Positions 8,235 through 16,867 of a DNA stretch of 23,321 nucleotides are shown piece by piece. Under the pieces are notes generated by a model. It had not been told where the DNA came from. It was given only the letters and a program-made list of their open reading frames with translations, and searched no databases. Numbering within the stretch: the stretch's first letter is position 1; the number at the start of each line of letters is the position of its first letter. The DNA comes from a virus. The translations under genes were made by a program, and so were the position numbers. Where the stretch lies: UHGV virus genome UHGV-0081595. One strand, written 5' to 3'.

Positions 8235-9293
8235 TTACGCTCCGGTTTCGGCTGCGGCGGCGCTGAAATCACCAATCTGGATGTTTTCCACCAGTGCGGC
8301 GCAGCGGTAGTCCTCAACCACATAGGCTTCATTAACGGATTCAAAGTTTTCAATCCGGTCACGTTTCGGGTTGTCGATAACTGAACGGCGGCGGGTGTCT
8401 TCCTGCCAGTAGATGGACAGGTTATCCAGACGGGTGATCAGCAGCGCATTCGGTGGGAAGAACGGCGCACGCACGGCCTGCAGGCCACCCATGCGTTTCT
8501 GGCTGATGATCATATCGGCAGCCAGTTTTTCACTGTTTTCCTGCTCTTTGTTGACCAGCGGGAAATACTTGTCAGACAACAGTTCACGACCGCAAATCAC
8601 CACCAGATCGTCATCGTCCTGGTAAACCACGTCGATAAGCTCATTGACGGCATCCATCACCACAGCGTCCAGGTTGGCATATTCGCCACCTTTCCCGACT
8701 TTCACCGCACCCGGAGTGGTTTCACCGCCCGTGGTGGTGCTGCCCATGACGTGATCCGGTGCATCCTCACGGATTTTCTGCAGCCAGCCTTTGTTCACAT
8801 CCTGCAGCAGCGGGTTTTCGCTACGGTTGGAGGTTTTCGCACGCTTCACGCCGTTAAAGCCGATCATGATGCGGTCCAGTGCCTGACGTTTCACGATGGC
8901 GTCACGGATGCGCACCTGGAAATCCTGAAACTTCGCCCACAGATCCAGCTTCGCGTAGGTCAGCACCGTGTCAAAGTTGGTCTGCTCGCATTTATATTCC
9001 ACATCGACCATCAGGGTCGGATCGACGGGTTCACGCTCTTTCGCGGTGGTGTCAGTGGTTCCGGCAATGGTGCTGCCAACACCCAGCCCCAGCAGCTGAC
9101 CGGACTGCTCAGTCACTGGCGTGACGTTAATCAGCGTCAGGAAAGCGGCGGACTGCTGGATCTGGTCCTCCAGAGTCTGCTGCACAGACGGCTCCACAGT
9201 GAATTTGCTGGACAGTTCTTCAACTGCCACACCGTTCAGACGCGCCAGCTGCTGCAGGTAAGCGTTAAAAGCAAAGCGGGTATTCTTCTTCAT
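8235..9293 (-). CDS. N: major capsid protein gpN
   Basis: 352 aa; near-colinear match to remembered P2 gpN (MKKNTRFAFNAYL..., FTVEPSVQQTL, GFNGVKRAKTSNRSENPLLQDV, VGKGGEYANLDAVVMDA, VVEDY...GDFS). Confidence 0.95.
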   Translation of the reverse strand: MKKNTRFAFNAYLQQLARLNGVAVEELSSKFTVEPSVQQTLEDQIQQSAAFLTLINVTPVTEQSGQLLGLGVGSTIAGTTDTTAKEREPVDPTLMVDVEYKCEQTNFDTVLTYAKLDLWAKFQDFQVRIRDAIVKRQALDRIMIGFNGVKRAKTSNRSENPLLQDVNKGWLQKIREDAPDHVMGSTTTGGETTPGAVKVGKGGEYANLDAVVMDAVNELIDVVYQDDDDLVVICGRELLSDKYFPLVNKEQENSEKLAADMIISQKRMGGLQAVRAPFFPPNALLITRLDNLSIYWQEDTRRRSVIDNPKRDRIENFESVNEAYVVEDYRCAALVENIQIGDFSAAAAETGA

Positions 9294-9309
9294 CGGGTTT
9301 TGTGCTCCA

Positions 9310-10143
9310 TCAGCAATTGGTCAGAGTGTCAGCGGGGGCGTTACCGCCTGTTGCACGCTGGCGGTAGTCCTGGCGGCTGTCTTCATGACTCAGCTTATTC
9401 ACCAGTTCGTTAAAGGCGGTCTGCTGTGCCTGCAGGGCAGTCTCCAGCTCAGACAGACGTTCTTCCTGCTCAGACAGGGATTTTTCGGTGCGTGCGCTCA
9501 GGTTCTGCTGCTCAGTGGCGACCAGCTCCACGGCCTTATGCACATCAGAGAACCGGGCGTCATCGGACTGCTCTTTTTTGGTAAACAGCGCCGTGACGCG
9601 GGCAAACAGGGACGGTTTGTCGTCCTGGACTTCTTCCAGTTCGATCACCGTTTCCTCTGCGGCGGTAAAGAGATTGGCGGGATTCTGCTTGCGGTTTGCC
9701 AGCGGGTTATGGGCTGCACTGGCGCTGAATGTCAGCATTTCAGTGCCCAGACTGGCAGGGTCATCAGTGGCAGCCAGGCCGACCAGGTAGGCTTTGCCCG
9801 TATCAGCAAACTTCGGGCTGACTTCCATAGAGGTGAATAATTTCTGGCCTTTTTTCACCAGTTCCACCAGTGATTCCGTTGGCTCAACGTCGGCATACAG
9901 CGCCATCTTGCCTGCCAGCGGACCTTCCGTGATTTCTTCAGCAAACAGCGCCGTCACCTTGCCGTAGCGGTTAAAGGTGCTGTCCGGCAGATAAGACTTG
10001 ATGTGCTCAAGGTTAATCAGCGCGGTGTACATCGTCGGGTCGTAGCTGGCTGCCATCTGTTCCAGCCATTCACGCTGGATTTCGCGTCCGTCGGTGGTGG
10101 CACCTTCCACCCCGATGCGAAAACGCTTTGCTTTCACTGTCAT
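9310..10143 (-). CDS. O: capsid scaffolding protein gpO
   Basis: 277-aa acidic, coiled-coil-rich protein immediately upstream of N, divergent from P. Confidence 0.9.
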   Translation of the reverse strand: MTVKAKRFRIGVEGATTDGREIQREWLEQMAASYDPTMYTALINLEHIKSYLPDSTFNRYGKVTALFAEEITEGPLAGKMALYADVEPTESLVELVKKGQKLFTSMEVSPKFADTGKAYLVGLAATDDPASLGTEMLTFSASAAHNPLANRKQNPANLFTAAEETVIELEEVQDDKPSLFARVTALFTKKEQSDDARFSDVHKAVELVATEQQNLSARTEKSLSEQEERLSELETALQAQQTAFNELVNKLSHEDSRQDYRQRATGGNAPADTLTNC

Positions 10144-10221
10144 GAGCTGTGCTCCGTTAGAAAAAACTTACTGGAGCCTTATGGTTGCGGTGATGGGGGC
10201 AGTGAAACAATGCGCGGTATT

Positions 10222-10239
10222 TGTACCGACAACCACACA
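10222..10239. promoter_or_regulatory. TGT-N12-ACA dyad, candidate Ogr/Delta-type late activator site in the divergent O/P promoter region
   Basis: Sequence TGTACCGACAACCACACA in the 142-bp O-P intergenic region; geometry fits the O promoter best but cannot be assigned from sequence alone. Confidence 0.45.
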
Positions 10240-10285
10240 AACCGCAGGCGGGGAAAGCCTTCATTCAAGGCTGTAGGTTTGTGCC

Positions 10286-12052
10286 ATGAACACCACACAG
10301 ACACCCGCAGATCTCGATCCCCGTCGGCAGGCCATGCTGCTGTACTTTCAGGGATACCGCGTAGCCCGCATTGCTGAAATGCTGGGCGAGAAAGTTGCAA
10401 CCGTTCACAGCTGGAAAAAACGCGACAAGTGGGGTGACTATGGGCCGCTGGATCAGATGCAGCTCACCACCGCCGCACGCTACTGCCAGCTCATCATGAA
10501 GGAGCACAAAGAAGGGAAAGATTTCAAAGAGATTGACCTGCTGGCGCGCCAGTCTGAGCGCCACGCGCGGATCGGCAAGTTTAACAATGGTGGCAACGAA
10601 GCCGACTTAAACCCTAACGTCGCCAACCGCAACAAAGGCCCGCGCCGTCAGCCGGAAAAGAATGTTTTCACCGATGAACAGATTGAGAAGCTGGAAGAAA
10701 TCTTCCATTCCTCCATGTTCAACTACCAGCGCCACTGGTGGGAAGCCGGAAAAACCAACCGCATCCGCAACCTGCTGAAGTCACGCCAGATCGGCGCGAC
10801 CTTTTACTTTTCCCGTGAAGCCCTGATTGACGCCCTGCTTACCGGACGTAACCAGATTTTCCTTTCTGCCAGTAAGGCACAGGCTCACGTCTTTAAGCAG
10901 TACATCATCGACTTCGCCAAAGAAGTCGAAGTGGAGCTGAAAGGCGATCCGATGGTGCTTCCTAACGGGGCCACACTGTATTTCCTCGGCACCAATGCCC
11001 GCACGGCCCAGAGTTATCACGGCAACCTGTATCTGGATGAATATTTCTGGATACCAAAATTCCAGGAGCTGCGCAAAGTGGCTTCCGGTATGGCTATTCA
11101 CAAAAAATGGCGACAAACCTATTTTTCCACGCCATCCAGTCTGACACACAGTGCTTATCCGTTCTGGTCCGGTGCGCTGTTCAACCGTGGGCGCAACAAA
11201 GCCGATAAGGTGGACATCGACCTGTCCCACAGCAATCTGGCCCCCGGCCTGCTGTGCGCAGACGGGCAATACCGCCAGATAGTCACCGTGGAAGATGCGG
11301 TGCGCGGCGGCTGTAACCTGTTCGACCTCGACCAGCTACGCATGGAGTACAGCCCGGACGAATACCAGAACCTGCTGATGTGCGAGTTTGTGGACGATCT
11401 CGCGTCCGTGTTTCCGCTCAGCGAGCTGCAGGCGTGCATGGTGGACAGTTGGGAAGTCTGGACCGACTTTCATGCACTGGCGCTGCGCCCGTTTGGCTGG
11501 CGCGAAGTGTGGATCGGTTATGACCCGGCAAAAGGCACGCAAAACGGCGACAGCGCCGGATGCGTGGTGGTGGCACCGCCAGCCGTGCCGGGTGGTAAGT
11601 TCCGCATTCTTGAGCGTCACCAGTGGCGCGGGATGGACTTCCGCGCCCAGGCTGACGCCATCAAAAAACTGACCGAACAGTACAACGTGACCTATATCGG
11701 TATCGACTCAACCGGCGTTGGTCACGGGGTTTACGAGAACGTGAAAGCGTTTTTTCCTGCCGTCCGGGAGTTTGTCTACAACCCCAACGTTAAAAACGCC
11801 CTGGTACTCAAGGCCTACGACATTATCAGCCACCGCCGTCTGGAGTTTGACGCCGGACACACCGACATAGCGCAGTCCTTTATGGCAATACGTCGCGCCA
11901 CCACCGCCAGTGGCAACCGCCCGACCTATGAAGCCAGCCGCAGCGAAGAAACCAGCCACGCCGATCTGGCCTGGGCAACGATGCACGCACTGTTTAACGA
12001 ACCGCTGCAGGGCGAATCCGCCAATACCAGCAATATTGTGGAGATTTTTTGA
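10286..12052 (+). CDS. P: terminase ATPase (large) subunit gpP
   Basis: 588 aa; N-terminus MNTTQTPADLDPRRQAMLLYFQGYRVARIAEMLG...VHSWKKRDKW matches the P2 gpP pattern; stop overlaps the Q start (ATGA). Confidence 0.95.
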   Translation: MNTTQTPADLDPRRQAMLLYFQGYRVARIAEMLGEKVATVHSWKKRDKWGDYGPLDQMQLTTAARYCQLIMKEHKEGKDFKEIDLLARQSERHARIGKFNNGGNEADLNPNVANRNKGPRRQPEKNVFTDEQIEKLEEIFHSSMFNYQRHWWEAGKTNRIRNLLKSRQIGATFYFSREALIDALLTGRNQIFLSASKAQAHVFKQYIIDFAKEVEVELKGDPMVLPNGATLYFLGTNARTAQSYHGNLYLDEYFWIPKFQELRKVASGMAIHKKWRQTYFSTPSSLTHSAYPFWSGALFNRGRNKADKVDIDLSHSNLAPGLLCADGQYRQIVTVEDAVRGGCNLFDLDQLRMEYSPDEYQNLLMCEFVDDLASVFPLSELQACMVDSWEVWTDFHALALRPFGWREVWIGYDPAKGTQNGDSAGCVVVAPPAVPGGKFRILERHQWRGMDFRAQADAIKKLTEQYNVTYIGIDSTGVGHGVYENVKAFFPAVREFVYNPNVKNALVLKAYDIISHRRLEFDAGHTDIAQSFMAIRRATTASGNRPTYEASRSEETSHADLAWATMHALFNEPLQGESANTSNIVEIF

Positions 12053-13089
12053 TGGGAAAGAGTAAGAAGAACCGCACTGCGGCGACGAAACAGATCCAGC
12101 TTAAAAGTCAAACTACAGCCGAAGCATTCAGCTTCGGCGATCCCGTTCCTGTTCTGGACCGCCGAGAACTGCTGGATTATGTGGAATGCGTACAGATGGA
12201 CCGCTGGTATGAGCCGCCCGTCAGCTTTGACGGACTGGCGCGCACCTTCCGCGCTGCCGTGCATCATAGTTCCCCGATTGCAGTAAAGTGCAACATTCTG
12301 ACCAGCACCTACATCCCTCACCCGCTGCTCAGCCAGCAGGCTTTTTCGCGTTTTGTGCAGGACTATCTGGTATTTGGTAACGCCTACCTGGAGAAACGCA
12401 CGAACCGCTTCGGTGAAGTTATCGCCCTTGAACCTGCCCTGGCAAAATACACCCGACGCGGGTTAGACCTGGATACCTACTGGTTTGTGCAATACGGTAT
12501 GACCACGCAGCCATATCAGTTCACGAAAGGCAGCATCTTTCATCTGATGGAACCGGACATCAACCAGGAGATCTACGGCCTGCCCGGTTATCTTTCTGCC
12601 ATTCCGTCAGCCCTGCTCAACGAGTCCGCCACGCTGTTCCGCCGAAAGTATTACATTAACGGCAGTCATGCTGGCTTCATCATGTACATGACCGATGCTG
12701 CGCAGAACCAGGAGGATGTGAACAACCTCCGCAACGCAATGAAAAGCGCCAAAGGTCCAGGCAACTTCCGCAACCTGTTTATGTACTCACCTAACGGCAA
12801 AAAGGATGGTCTTCAGATTATCCCGTTGTCAGAAGTCGCGGCAAAGGATGAATTTCTGAACATCAAGAACGTGAGCCGGGATGACATGATGGCGGCACAT
12901 CGTGTGCCGCCACAAATGATGGGGATTATGCCGAATAATGTTGGGGGGTTTGGGGATGTGGAGAAGGCAAGTAATGTATTTGTAAGGAATGAATTATTGC
13001 CACTACAGAAGCTAATAATGGAGCTTAACTGCTGGCTCGGCCACGAGATTATACGTTTTATCCCTTACAAGCTTGAAAAGGCAACTTAA
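12049..13089 (+). CDS. Q: portal (capsid vertex) protein gpQ
   Basis: 346 aa; near-colinear with remembered P2 gpQ (DYVECV...RWYEPPVSF.GLA...RAAVHHSSPI, LEPDINQE.YGLP.YLSA, NESATLFRRKYY.NG.HAG, RNEL.PLQ). Confidence 0.95.
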   Translation: MMGKSKKNRTAATKQIQLKSQTTAEAFSFGDPVPVLDRRELLDYVECVQMDRWYEPPVSFDGLARTFRAAVHHSSPIAVKCNILTSTYIPHPLLSQQAFSRFVQDYLVFGNAYLEKRTNRFGEVIALEPALAKYTRRGLDLDTYWFVQYGMTTQPYQFTKGSIFHLMEPDINQEIYGLPGYLSAIPSALLNESATLFRRKYYINGSHAGFIMYMTDAAQNQEDVNNLRNAMKSAKGPGNFRNLFMYSPNGKKDGLQIIPLSEVAAKDEFLNIKNVSRDDMMAAHRVPPQMMGIMPNNVGGFGDVEKASNVFVRNELLPLQKLIMELNCWLGHEIIRFIPYKLEKAT

Positions 13090-13173
13090 TAAAAATTCAG
13101 ATATTATAAACAAATCAATTAATAACCATATAAATAGAAAAGTCAATTGAGCGTAGCTCAACATATCGCCAGC

Positions 13174-13193
13174 AAGGCGGGCATACCCGCCTT
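13174..13193. terminator. GC-rich hairpin between convergent Q and the cargo operon; putative intrinsic terminator
   Basis: AAGGCGGG-CATA-CCCGCCTT (8-bp stem, 4-nt loop) followed by TATTAA on the plus strand; lies between the Q stop (13089) and the stop of the 234-aa cargo gene (13196). Confidence 0.45.
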
Positions 13194-13195
13194 TA

Positions 13196-13900
13196 TTAAC
13201 GAAATTCATCATTAGATAATTGCTGAATGAGGAAGTCGGAGTAAAAATCCAGATGATTAGAATCTGAATTAATAAAAGCGCTTTTTGAAAGCTCAACAAA
13301 AGAAGGTTCCCCGTAAATCAAACAATGCAACCTAACTTTATCTATATTATATTTTTTGTTAGTAAAAATACTTTCTAGCTCTAACAATGCATTTTTTGTG
13401 GAAGTTATCTCAACCGAGGCCTTGGAGTTCCCATTTAACACAACATTGCTAACTTTAATTTTATCAATATGTAATAGACTTATTGAATGCTGTAAACTTA
13501 GATAATTTATATACTCCTTTAAATTTAAGGTGATTGAACCAAATCCAACCCTATAATTGAAATCTACACTAAGTCTATCCGTCAATTTCTTTATAGATTT
13601 AGGGGGATTAAAAATAGCCAATAAAGAGAGATTTTTAGATACGGGCTTTAATGCAAATTTTATGGTTTCATACTCTAAAAAATCTTGTTCTATCTCATCT
13701 CCCGCGGGCGATACAATAACTTCTGTACGCAATGACTTTTCAACATAAGAAGCGGAAACTTCATGTTCAGTAAAATTCACAAAAGTATAACCATAACCTT
13801 TACTTTCATCATAAGAATTACGTTTAAAATAATCAATTAGTTCAGAGAAGGTTATTGATAACTTCACTCTGCTCCACTTAATTTTATCCAGTGTTTTCAT
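13196..13900 (-). CDS. hypothetical protein, third gene of the AT-rich cargo operon
   Basis: 234-aa ORF, 8 bp downstream of the preceding gene; AT-rich, Asn/Lys/Ile-biased; no motif or family I can recognise. Confidence 0.7.
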   Translation of the reverse strand: MKTLDKIKWSRVKLSITFSELIDYFKRNSYDESKGYGYTFVNFTEHEVSASYVEKSLRTEVIVSPAGDEIEQDFLEYETIKFALKPVSKNLSLLAIFNPPKSIKKLTDRLSVDFNYRVGFGSITLNLKEYINYLSLQHSISLLHIDKIKVSNVVLNGNSKASVEITSTKNALLELESIFTNKKYNIDKVRLHCLIYGEPSFVELSKSAFINSDSNHLDFYSDFLIQQLSNDEFR

Positions 13901-13908
13901 TTGTTATC

Positions 13909-14985
13909 TCACTCATACTCTTTATTAATATCCATTATAATTGAACGCGCCGTTTTTTCAATAAGTCTTTTAAAATGATATTCTTCATCATCCGGTAATT
14001 GGCTCGGATTTTTATTATATTCTCCGGCACCTTTATATTTCCTCACCCCTCTAGAAATATATGAAAAGCTCTTAAACTCTAAAGGATCACTAAACTGAGC
14101 TTCAAAATCATAAAGATCTGGAGTAGTAGATTTATCCTTTATTCTCCATCTTATTTTCCAAATATAAAACCCTCTATTATACAAAGAATTCAACTCTTCA
14201 GATTTAAGCACCCCCTCTCCTTTCAAAGATGCTTTGCTAATATGTATTCCTGTTTCAGAATCCCCATCTTCCTCCTCCATGACAGCAGGTTTAGGATGGT
14301 AGATATAAACATCCGTAACATCATCTAAAACATATCCATCCAACCCATTGATGAGCCGCTTAAAAAATTCTGTTCTTTTATCTGCGTCATCGATGTTCGC
14401 GAGGTTGATTTCTTCTGTATCTAAAGTCGTTGCTTCTATATCTTTTTCCTTTTGTATAACCTGTTCGATAATACTTAGTAGTTTTTTATTATAAATCTCA
14501 GCTTGTTCACTATCAGGCCTACGAATTGAAAAACCATCCGAAAGGGACTCGATTTCAAAAACAGCAGTTTTCTTCTCTACTTGGTTAAATTCACTTTTAC
14601 CAAAATTGGTTGATAAGTATGTAATGCTAATTTTAATAAAATCTTTATCACTGATTACATGACATATATCATCTTCGCTTTCCAGCTGATCTTTAAGCTT
14701 ATTAGCAGCCTTAACAAGTAGTGGCTTATCAATATTATTCTTAATAACTATAGCCGTAGATTTCTCTCGCCTTAAAAAACCTCCAAATATTCCAGAAATT
14801 TTCTGGTGCAAATAATAATCATGAGTGAGCTTTGAGAAATTTTTTGCTAGTTGCTTACGCTCAGTTTTTTTTGACACCAAAATTCCACGGGATAAAAACA
14901 ATTCCACCATATCATTATCAGTGACACGTGATTGGCATAAAGCCTCGTATAAAGCTTTGTCTGTAACACTGTGTATTTCACTCAT
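13909..14985 (-). CDS. hypothetical protein, second gene of the AT-rich cargo operon
   Basis: 358-aa ORF whose ATG overlaps the stop of the upstream gene (TAATG); acidic, Lys/Glu-rich; no recognisable catalytic motif, Walker box or TM segment. Confidence 0.7.
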   Translation of the reverse strand: MSEIHSVTDKALYEALCQSRVTDNDMVELFLSRGILVSKKTERKQLAKNFSKLTHDYYLHQKISGIFGGFLRREKSTAIVIKNNIDKPLLVKAANKLKDQLESEDDICHVISDKDFIKISITYLSTNFGKSEFNQVEKKTAVFEIESLSDGFSIRRPDSEQAEIYNKKLLSIIEQVIQKEKDIEATTLDTEEINLANIDDADKRTEFFKRLINGLDGYVLDDVTDVYIYHPKPAVMEEEDGDSETGIHISKASLKGEGVLKSEELNSLYNRGFYIWKIRWRIKDKSTTPDLYDFEAQFSDPLEFKSFSYISRGVRKYKGAGEYNKNPSQLPDDEEYHFKRLIEKTARSIIMDINKEYE

Positions 14986-16049
14986 TATTTAACATCCCAT
15001 GATCTTTCTTCTGTTAAATATTGCTCTCGAGATAGAGGCACAATATATAGCTCAATAGATAATAATTTTTCCTTCATAGATTCATCATATCCCCACTGAT
15101 ATGAAAATTTTTCTATAGCTTTTATAAAATTAGTCCGTATGTGCTCACTTTTATCAATACATGCTACTCTAATTCTAATATTATTTTTTGAGTTTAATAT
15201 CTGGTAGTTAGCTAGAGTATCTAATAAATAATTAAACTCTAAGTCTGTTTTACCGGAGCGGTTGTAATAAACAATAAACCCTTCAGGATAAACCAGCTCG
15301 TCCTCCTTTTTAGCTCTATTATATTCTATTACTGGACCATGTTTAATTATCATGTAGGGGGATGTTAGAGTTTCCACTGTAGCTGGAAGATATTCTTCTG
15401 CAGTCACAACCTTATGAAGTATTAATTGAGGATAATAGAACCCATAATCATCACGCGGGAATTTATTTTCCGCAATCATTTCGTTCATATCAGCAACAAC
15501 AGACATAAGATAACTAATAGTTCGTGGCTCAATTATATGTATTTGCTGATTTTCAGATACATTTACTCTGTCTAAATTAACTGCCGCAGGTCTTTTCCCT
15601 TTTTTGGGTTTAGGAGGATAAAAATAGTCATAGAAATTATGCTTATAGTCATTATCATGATTATATACAAAAAGTAACCCTCGTACTTCACTTTTAGACA
15701 TGGTTGTCTCATAGCGACTTTTCCATACCTGACTATTCTGCGCACAATGAATAGTTTTTGCTAAGGAATCTAAAGCATTTTCAACCATTTTAGAATTTAA
15801 AGACCCTTTTGAATAACTTTTCAAATCAGTATTTAGATAAACAATTTTATTTAAGTAAGGATCTTTATAATGAAAGACAATATCAACTGGATGTGTGTGG
15901 TCTTGCGTTTTTTCCGCTGGCTTGTGTAATTCTTGTTCAGTACACGGAAAATCATGATCGGTCGGACCGTGTTGCTTCCACTTAAATCTTTCCAATAGTT
16001 TATGGGACACCAGCTTCGCCAAGTCTTCACGAGGTCCGTTTTCTGCCAT
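14985..16049 (-). CDS. hypothetical protein, first gene of the AT-rich cargo operon; weak PD-(D/E)xK-like motif near the N-terminus
   Basis: 354-aa ORF with AGGAG SD ~9 nt upstream of the ATG; residues ~50-80 read HPVD-IVFHYKDPYLNKIVYLNT-DLK, compatible with a PD...(D/E)xK nuclease core; otherwise unassignable. Confidence 0.7.
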   Translation of the reverse strand: MAENGPREDLAKLVSHKLLERFKWKQHGPTDHDFPCTEQELHKPAEKTQDHTHPVDIVFHYKDPYLNKIVYLNTDLKSYSKGSLNSKMVENALDSLAKTIHCAQNSQVWKSRYETTMSKSEVRGLLFVYNHDNDYKHNFYDYFYPPKPKKGKRPAAVNLDRVNVSENQQIHIIEPRTISYLMSVVADMNEMIAENKFPRDDYGFYYPQLILHKVVTAEEYLPATVETLTSPYMIIKHGPVIEYNRAKKEDELVYPEGFIVYYNRSGKTDLEFNYLLDTLANYQILNSKNNIRIRVACIDKSEHIRTNFIKAIEKFSYQWGYDESMKEKLLSIELYIVPLSREQYLTEERSWDVK

Positions 16050-16128
16050 GATAAGATTCTCCTTTAGTTAACTAAGAATAATACTATTGAAAAATTCACA
16101 GATTCTCTAGCTTTTTAGTTAGCGCGCG

Positions 16129-16147
16129 CTCGTATCCCCGCCACGCC
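16129..16147 (-). other. putative cos site (cohesive-end sequence of the P2/186 type)
   Basis: Minus strand reads GGCGTGGCGGGGATACGAG followed by CGCGCGCT; as I recall, the P2 and 186 cohesive ends begin GGCGAGGCGGGGAAAGCAC / GGCGTGGCGGGGAAAGCAT and P2 continues TGCGCGCT. Not verified against a database. Confidence 0.55.
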
Positions 16148-16158
16148 TGCCCGCTTTA

Positions 16159-16263
16159 TGCAGTGGTTTTCATGCACCTGCATGACATGAGTAAAAGCCC
16201 GCCAGTTCTAGCAGGTCTCTGCAAAAACGATCCTCAATCGATCATGCGATTTCATGCAGCATA
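16159..16263. repeat. cluster of TCATGC(A) repeats adjacent to cos (possible terminase-binding or packaging-accessory repeats)
   Basis: TCATGCAC, TGCATGAC, TCATGCGA, TCATGCAG, TCATGCAC within ~105 bp next to the cos-like sequence, in a non-coding stretch. Confidence 0.4.
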
Positions 16264-16456
16264 GTCATGCACAGCCAAGGGAAGCGTAAATCCGTATCTG
16301 AATGACCGCTGAAAAGCGAATCATACGGGTTTACAAAGATGAAAGTCCGCTGTGAACGAGAAACGGACTATGATACTAACAAGAGAGCATCACTGTTAAT
16401 ATTTGAACAATTAATGCTCAGCTATTTATCTATTTTACAATCAGAAAGGACTTGTA

Positions 16457-16867
16457 ATGGTTACGGTTGATGAATTAAAGATGAAATATCCGGACGCGAA
16501 TGCCTGGCAAGTGGGCGACAGCCCTGAACTGGCTAACGAGCTTGCAGCACTTATCAAAAAAGGGATTAAAACGGCCTCCTGCGGCTCTTATGCCTCTTAC
16601 CAGAAGGAAGAGTTTGCCCCAAGGATTGGGAGCTATAACATCATCCTTAACGGCCAGGATGTACCTGTATGCGTGACCCGGCTGGTGTCGATGCGACTGG
16701 TGCGTTTTTGTGATGTTACTGCCGAGTTCGCTCGCAAGGAAGGTGAAGGCGATTTGAGTCTTGAATATTGGCAGAGAGAGCATCAACGATTTTTTACATG
16801 TGAAGGTTACTTTTCTGACGATATGGAGCTGATTATGGAAGAGTTTGAAGTTGTTGATGTTTTGTAA
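16457..16867 (+). CDS. ASCH-domain protein
   Basis: 136 aa; pattern WQVGDSPELANELAALIKKGIKTASCGSY...YNIILNGQDVPVCVTRLVSMRLVRFCDVTAEFARKEGEGDLSLEYWQREHQRFF matches the ASCH family signature (GxKTAT... / EGEGD-SL-YW); AAAGGA SD 6 nt upstream; only plus-strand gene between cos and A. Confidence 0.8.
   Translation: MVTVDELKMKYPDANAWQVGDSPELANELAALIKKGIKTASCGSYASYQKEEFAPRIGSYNIILNGQDVPVCVTRLVSMRLVRFCDVTAEFARKEGEGDLSLEYWQREHQRFFTCEGYFSDDMELIMEEFEVVDVL

Noticed and set aside
8751-9840. Long plus-strand ORFs (8751-9413, 9385-9840) opposite the capsid and scaffold genes
   Set aside because: Antisense to strongly supported N and O genes; composition typical of out-of-frame GC-rich sequence; no translation signals.
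10242-10258. cos-like 13-mer AGGCGGGGAAAGC in the O-P intergenic region
   Set aside because: Matches only the central part of the remembered cohesive-end sequence, lacks the flanking GGCG and TGCGCGCT context, and lies between O and P where no P2-like phage has cos; the 16129-16147 site is a better fit in both sequence and position. Possibly part of the late promoter region.
13012-13299. 95-aa minus-strand ORF spanning the Q stop and the intergenic hairpin
   Set aside because: Overlaps the well-supported 3' end of Q and the terminator hairpin; hydrophobic low-complexity product typical of AT-rich non-coding sequence.
16391-16412. LexA-like half-site CACTGTTAATATTTGAAC upstream of the ASCH gene
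   Set aside because: Only the left half (CTGT) matches; the right half is GAAC rather than ACAG, so it is unlikely to be a functional SOS box.
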